64,000 nucleotides of DNA from an uncultured Chloroflexia bacterium (GTDB taxonomy: Bacteria > Chloroflexota > Limnocylindria > Limnocylindrales > CSP1-4): assembly GCA_963748625.1 (NCBI GenBank), contig CAVVJT010000007.1:928001-992000 (forward strand), read 5' to 3'. Positions 59,629-64,000 of the stretch are shown in pieces. The position numbers and the translations under genes were made by a program. How positions within the stretch are numbered: position 1 is the first letter of the stretch; each line of letters opens with the position of its first letter. The notes under the pieces are model-generated. The model searched no databases and had not been told where the DNA came from. It worked only from the letters and a program-made list of their open reading frames with translations.

Positions 59629-60603
59629 GTGCTCGCAGTACGGCGACGGAGTGCAGGCGATGTCCGGCTCATGGTCCGGATCGCGCAGATGTACTACCGG
59701 CTGCACCTGAGCCAGGAGCAGATCGGGCAGCGGCTCGGCCTGAGCCGGTTCAAGGTGGGCCGTATGCTGGATCGCGCCATCGACGAGCAGATCGTGCGCA
59801 TCGAGATCGTCCATCCGGCCGCCCGCCTCGTGGAGCTGGAGGACCGGTTGACCGAGCGGTTCGGGCTGGTGGCTGCCGTCGTGGCAGATGTGCCCGCGAT
59901 CGCCGCCGGGGCGGCCGCCGATGACCTCGCCCGGGACGCGGTCGCGGATCTCGCTGCGGAGCTCCTTGCCGAGCGTGCGCCGCACGGGACCATCGCCGTC
60001 TCCTGGGGCCGCACGATGCTCGCCGTCGCCCGTGCGCTCACGCCGGCCTGGACCCAGGCAGACGAGATCGTCCAGCTCAACGGCGCCTCCTCGCGTTCCG
60101 CCCAGCCCACCCGTGCAAACGAGATCCTGGAGCGGTTCGCCGCAACGAGTGGCGCGGAGTTCCGTCTCCTCAACGCGCCCGCGATCGTGGGCACGCCGGC
60201 CCTGCGGGACGCGCTGCTGGAGGATCCCGCGATCCGCGAGACCATCGACGCGGCACGCCGGGCCCCGACCGCCGTGTTCGGCCTCGGCATTCCCGCACCG
60301 GACAGCCCCCACCTCGCGTCGGGCTTCGTGTCCGAGGAGGAGCAGGACAAGCTGCGCTCGCGGGGCGCCGTCGGCGACGTGATCGGGCGGTTCCTGCGCG
60401 AGGACGGGGAGATCGCCTGGCCGAAGCTGGACAGGCGCACCGTGGGCCTGTCCCTCGACGACCTGCGCGCCAAGCCGCTCCGCCTGGGCGTGGCGGCCGG
60501 TATGGGACGCGGGCCTATCGCGCTCGCCGCCATCCGCGCTGGTGCGCTCAATGCGCTCGCCTGCGATGACGCGACGGCCGAGTGGGTGCTGGCCAATGGC
60601 TGA
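59629..60603 (+). CDS. SorC/DeoR-type sugar-binding transcriptional regulator
   Basis: IAQMYYRLHLSQEQIGQRLGLSRFKV, VSWGRT, GAVGDVIGRF. Confidence 0.93.
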   Translation: MLAVRRRSAGDVRLMVRIAQMYYRLHLSQEQIGQRLGLSRFKVGRMLDRAIDEQIVRIEIVHPAARLVELEDRLTERFGLVAAVVADVPAIAAGAAADDLARDAVADLAAELLAERAPHGTIAVSWGRTMLAVARALTPAWTQADEIVQLNGASSRSAQPTRANEILERFAATSGAEFRLLNAPAIVGTPALRDALLEDPAIRETIDAARRAPTAVFGLGIPAPDSPHLASGFVSEEEQDKLRSRGAVGDVIGRFLREDGEIAWPKLDRRTVGLSLDDLRAKPLRLGVAAGMGRGPIALAAIRAGALNALACDDATAEWVLANG

Positions 60604-61224
60604 GCCGCGACGACTCCCCGACGAGGCCGTGATCCGCCAGCTGGTGGAGCGGGCACTCGAAGCCGTGGAAGCGAACACATCGACAGCGGCAGCGACGCCT
60701 GTGCCTGCGCCCAGCACCGCTCCCTCGCTGTCGGCCGGCACCAACCCGTCCGCTCCGCGGACCGTTGCCATCGGCGCGGACCACGGCGGCTTCGCCCTCA
60801 AAGCCGTCCTCGCCAAGCACCTGGGCGCCAAGGGCTTCGGCGTGACCGATTGCGGCACGAACAGCGCCGACGCCGTGGACTACCCGGACTTCGCCCACGT
60901 CGTCGCCCGCCTGGTCGCGTCGGGCGCCTGCGACGCCGGCATCGTCATCGACGGGGCCGGGATCGGCAGCGCCATGGCCGCCAACAAGGTGCCCGGCGTG
61001 CGCGCCGCCAACGCCCACGACACGTCGATGGCCCGAAACGCCCGTGAGCACAACTACGCCAACGTGCTGACCCTGGGCGCGCGCATGATCGGCGAGGGCA
61101 TGGCTCTCGAGGTCGCAGACGTCTTTCTCACCACCCCGTGGGGCGCCGAACGCCACGGCAAGCGCGTGGCCAAGATCACCCAGATCGAACAGCAGTATCG
61201 AACCGTCACCGAGGACCCCAAGCG

Positions 61225-61228
<4 letters not shown>
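60596..61228 (+). CDS. rpiB: Ribose-5-phosphate isomerase B with N-terminal encapsulation peptide
   Basis: [43 protein letters not shown]; N-terminal [16 protein letters not shown] amphipathic helix. Confidence 0.93.
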
Positions 61229-62116
<888 letters not shown>

Positions 62117-62130
<14 letters not shown>

Positions 62131-62746
62131 CCTGCGGGCCTACTGCTTCCTGGACAGCCTCCAGGCCCAGTACGCCGCGTTCCTGGGCACCGTGGCGCAG
62201 GGCTTCCTGCCGCTGCCGGGCGACGCCTCGCTGTACATCGAAGTCTCGCCGGGCATCGAGATCAACCGCCTGACCGACATCGCGCTCAAGTCCACCAGCG
62301 TGAAGCCAGGCATGCAGATCATCGAGCGGTTCTTCGGCCTGCTCGAGATCCACAGCCCGTCGCAGGCGGAGGTCCGGGCCGCCGGCTCCGCGATCCTGGC
62401 GGAGCTGGGCTTGACCGAATCCGACCGGATCAAGCCGAAGATCCTGTCAAGCCAGATCATCCGCAACATCGACGACCACCAGGCCCAGCTGATCAACCGC
62501 ACCCGGCACGGGCACATGATCATTGGCGGGCAGTCCCTCTACGTCCTCGAGATGGAACCCGCCGCGTACGCGCCGCTGGCCGCCAACGAGGCCGAGAAGG
62601 CCGCTGCCATCAACATCCTCGAGGTCCGCTCGTTCGGCTCCATGGGCCGCGTGTACCTCGGCGGCGAGGAGGCCGACATCGACGTCGGCTGGCGCGCGGC
62701 CGTGGCCGCGATCGAGGGCCTCGACGGCCGCGACGCGAAGGCATAA
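62117..62746 (+). CDS. BMC trimeric shell protein (CsoS1D/CcmP-like, circularly permuted BMC-T)
   Basis: [55 protein letters not shown]. Confidence 0.9.
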
Positions 62747-62816
62747 CCAACGACGAACCACGCGCTGACCACTCGGCCGGCGCGACAAGCACCAAGGAAC
62801 GGAGAGGGTCCGAACG

Positions 62817-63119
62817 ATGGCAGACGCACTGGGCATGATCGAGGCCCGCGGGTTCGCCGCGGTGGTCGAGGCGGCCGACGCGATGGTCAAGGCCGCCAAG
62901 GTTGACCTGGTCGGCTACGAGAAGACGGGCGGCGGGTACGTGACCGCCGTCGTGCGCGGCGACGTCGCTGCGGTCAAGGCGGCCGTGGAGGCCGGTTCCC
63001 GCTCCGCGGCCAAGGTGGGCGAGGTCGTGGCGACCCACGTGATCGCCCGCCCGCACGCCAACGTGGACCTCGTGCTGCCGCTGGGCCGCATGGACGAGGC
63101 GAAGGCCGAGCTCGGCTAA
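62817..63119 (+). CDS. BMC hexameric shell protein (PduA/EutM/CcmK family)
   Basis: ALGMIE.RG...[29 protein letters not shown]. Confidence 0.96.
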   Translation: MADALGMIEARGFAAVVEAADAMVKAAKVDLVGYEKTGGGYVTAVVRGDVAAVKAAVEAGSRSAAKVGEVVATHVIARPHANVDLVLPLGRMDEAKAELG

Positions 63120-63189
63120 GGCCGGAACCGGTCAGGACCCTCATCGGGGGCGGGTGATCCCCGCCCCCGGGACCGGCCAGGAGACACCA

Positions 63190-63477
63190 ATGCTTCTCGG
63201 ACGCGTCGCCGGCACCGTCGTGGCGAGCCGCAAGGAGCCCCTCATGGAGGGGTGGCGGCTGCTCGTCGTGCAGCAGCTGGGCGTGGACAACAAGCCGACC
63301 GGTGGGTACGTCGTGGCCACCGATGCCGTGGGCGCGGGGGTGGGCGAGGTCGTCCTGTATGCCTCGGGCTCGTCCGCCCGCCAGACGGAGACGACGAAGG
63401 ACCGGCCCTGCGATGCCGTGATCATGGCGATCGTGGACACGTGGGAAGTCGGCGGCTCGGAGGTCTACCGCAAGTAG
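63190..63477 (+). CDS. BMC pentameric vertex protein (EutN/CcmL family)
   Basis: [41 protein letters not shown]. Confidence 0.95.
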   Translation: MLLGRVAGTVVASRKEPLMEGWRLLVVQQLGVDNKPTGGYVVATDAVGAGVGEVVLYASGSSARQTETTKDRPCDAVIMAIVDTWEVGGSEVYRK

Positions 63478-63479
63478 CC

Positions 63480-64000
63480 GTGTACGACGAGCGTGAAGTC
63501 CAGGACGTCATCGAGCGGGTCCGCCGTCGCTACGGCGAGCCGGGTCCGCAGCTCGCACGCCAGGCCGCCGTGCGGGCGGAGCTCGACGCGCCTGCCGGCT
63601 CCGGCCTGGGCGACGGGGTGTTCGCGACCCTCGACCAGGCGGTCGCCGCGGCCGCTTCGGCGTTCCGGTCGCACCGCCTCGATCCGGACCTGCGCAAGGC
63701 GGTGATCGCTGCGGTCCGCGCCGCGGCCCTCGACCAGGCGGAGCAACTCGCCCGCCTCGCCGTGGAGGAGACCGGCCTCGGGCGCGTCGATGACAAGACG
63801 ACGAAGAACCGCCTGGTCGCGGCCAAGACGCCGGGCCCGGAGGATCTCGAAGTGCTCGCGGTCTCCGGCGCCAACGGGATGATGCTCACCGAGTGGGCGC
63901 CGTTCGGCGTGGTCGGGTCCATCTCGCCCGTGACGAACCCCGCGGCCACGGTGATCAACAACGCGATCTCGATCATCTCGGCCGGCAACGCGGTGGTGTT
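63480..64000 (+). CDS. Acylating aldehyde dehydrogenase (EutE/PduP family), 5' part; runs off the window
   Basis: Hand-translated: MYDEREVQDVIERVRRR encapsulation peptide; GVFATLDQAVAAA, EETGLGRVDDK, KTPGPEDL, APFGVVGSISPVTNP, ISAGNAVV. Confidence 0.93.
   Translation, partial: MYDEREVQDVIERVRRRYGEPGPQLARQAAVRAELDAPAGSGLGDGVFATLDQAVAAAASAFRSHRLDPDLRKAVIAAVRAAALDQAEQLARLAVEETGLGRVDDKTTKNRLVAAKTPGPEDLEVLAVSGANGMMLTEWAPFGVVGSISPVTNPAATVINNAISIISAGNAVV

Overview
Very GC-rich bacterial chromosomal window. The gene mix (mreB/mreC, UPF0182, GuaB3-type IMPDH, DarA c-di-AMP receptor, PdxS/T, Ycf45/R3H ATPase, many lipoproteins) and widespread leaderless starts suggest a Terrabacteria/Chloroflexota organism, possibly Limnocylindria-like (inference). 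Left to right it holds: a truncated secreted Ig/FlgD protein with a caspase/gingipain-like His-Cys domain; rfbA/B/D; an HTH plus nuclease-like gene cassette bracketed by about 105-bp palindromic repeats and 18-bp tandem arrays; mreBC; GGDEF proteins; radC; UPF0182; guaA and guaB; ppk2; darA and tmk; a five-gene membrane-bound [NiFe]-hydrogenase operon with a Cys-to-Asn proximal cluster; tldD/pmbA; a phospholipid-synthesis trio; pdxST; an AbrB-Doc toxin-antitoxin pair; two frameshifted genes; and the start of a sugar-phosphate-utilisation (SPU-type) bacterial microcompartment locus. At least three families of dispersed palindromic repeats, three tandem arrays and several gene-end duplications lie in the intergenic DNA. 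No rRNA, tRNA, CRISPR array or transposase was recognised. All calls are from manual reading and motif recall; no database searches were run.
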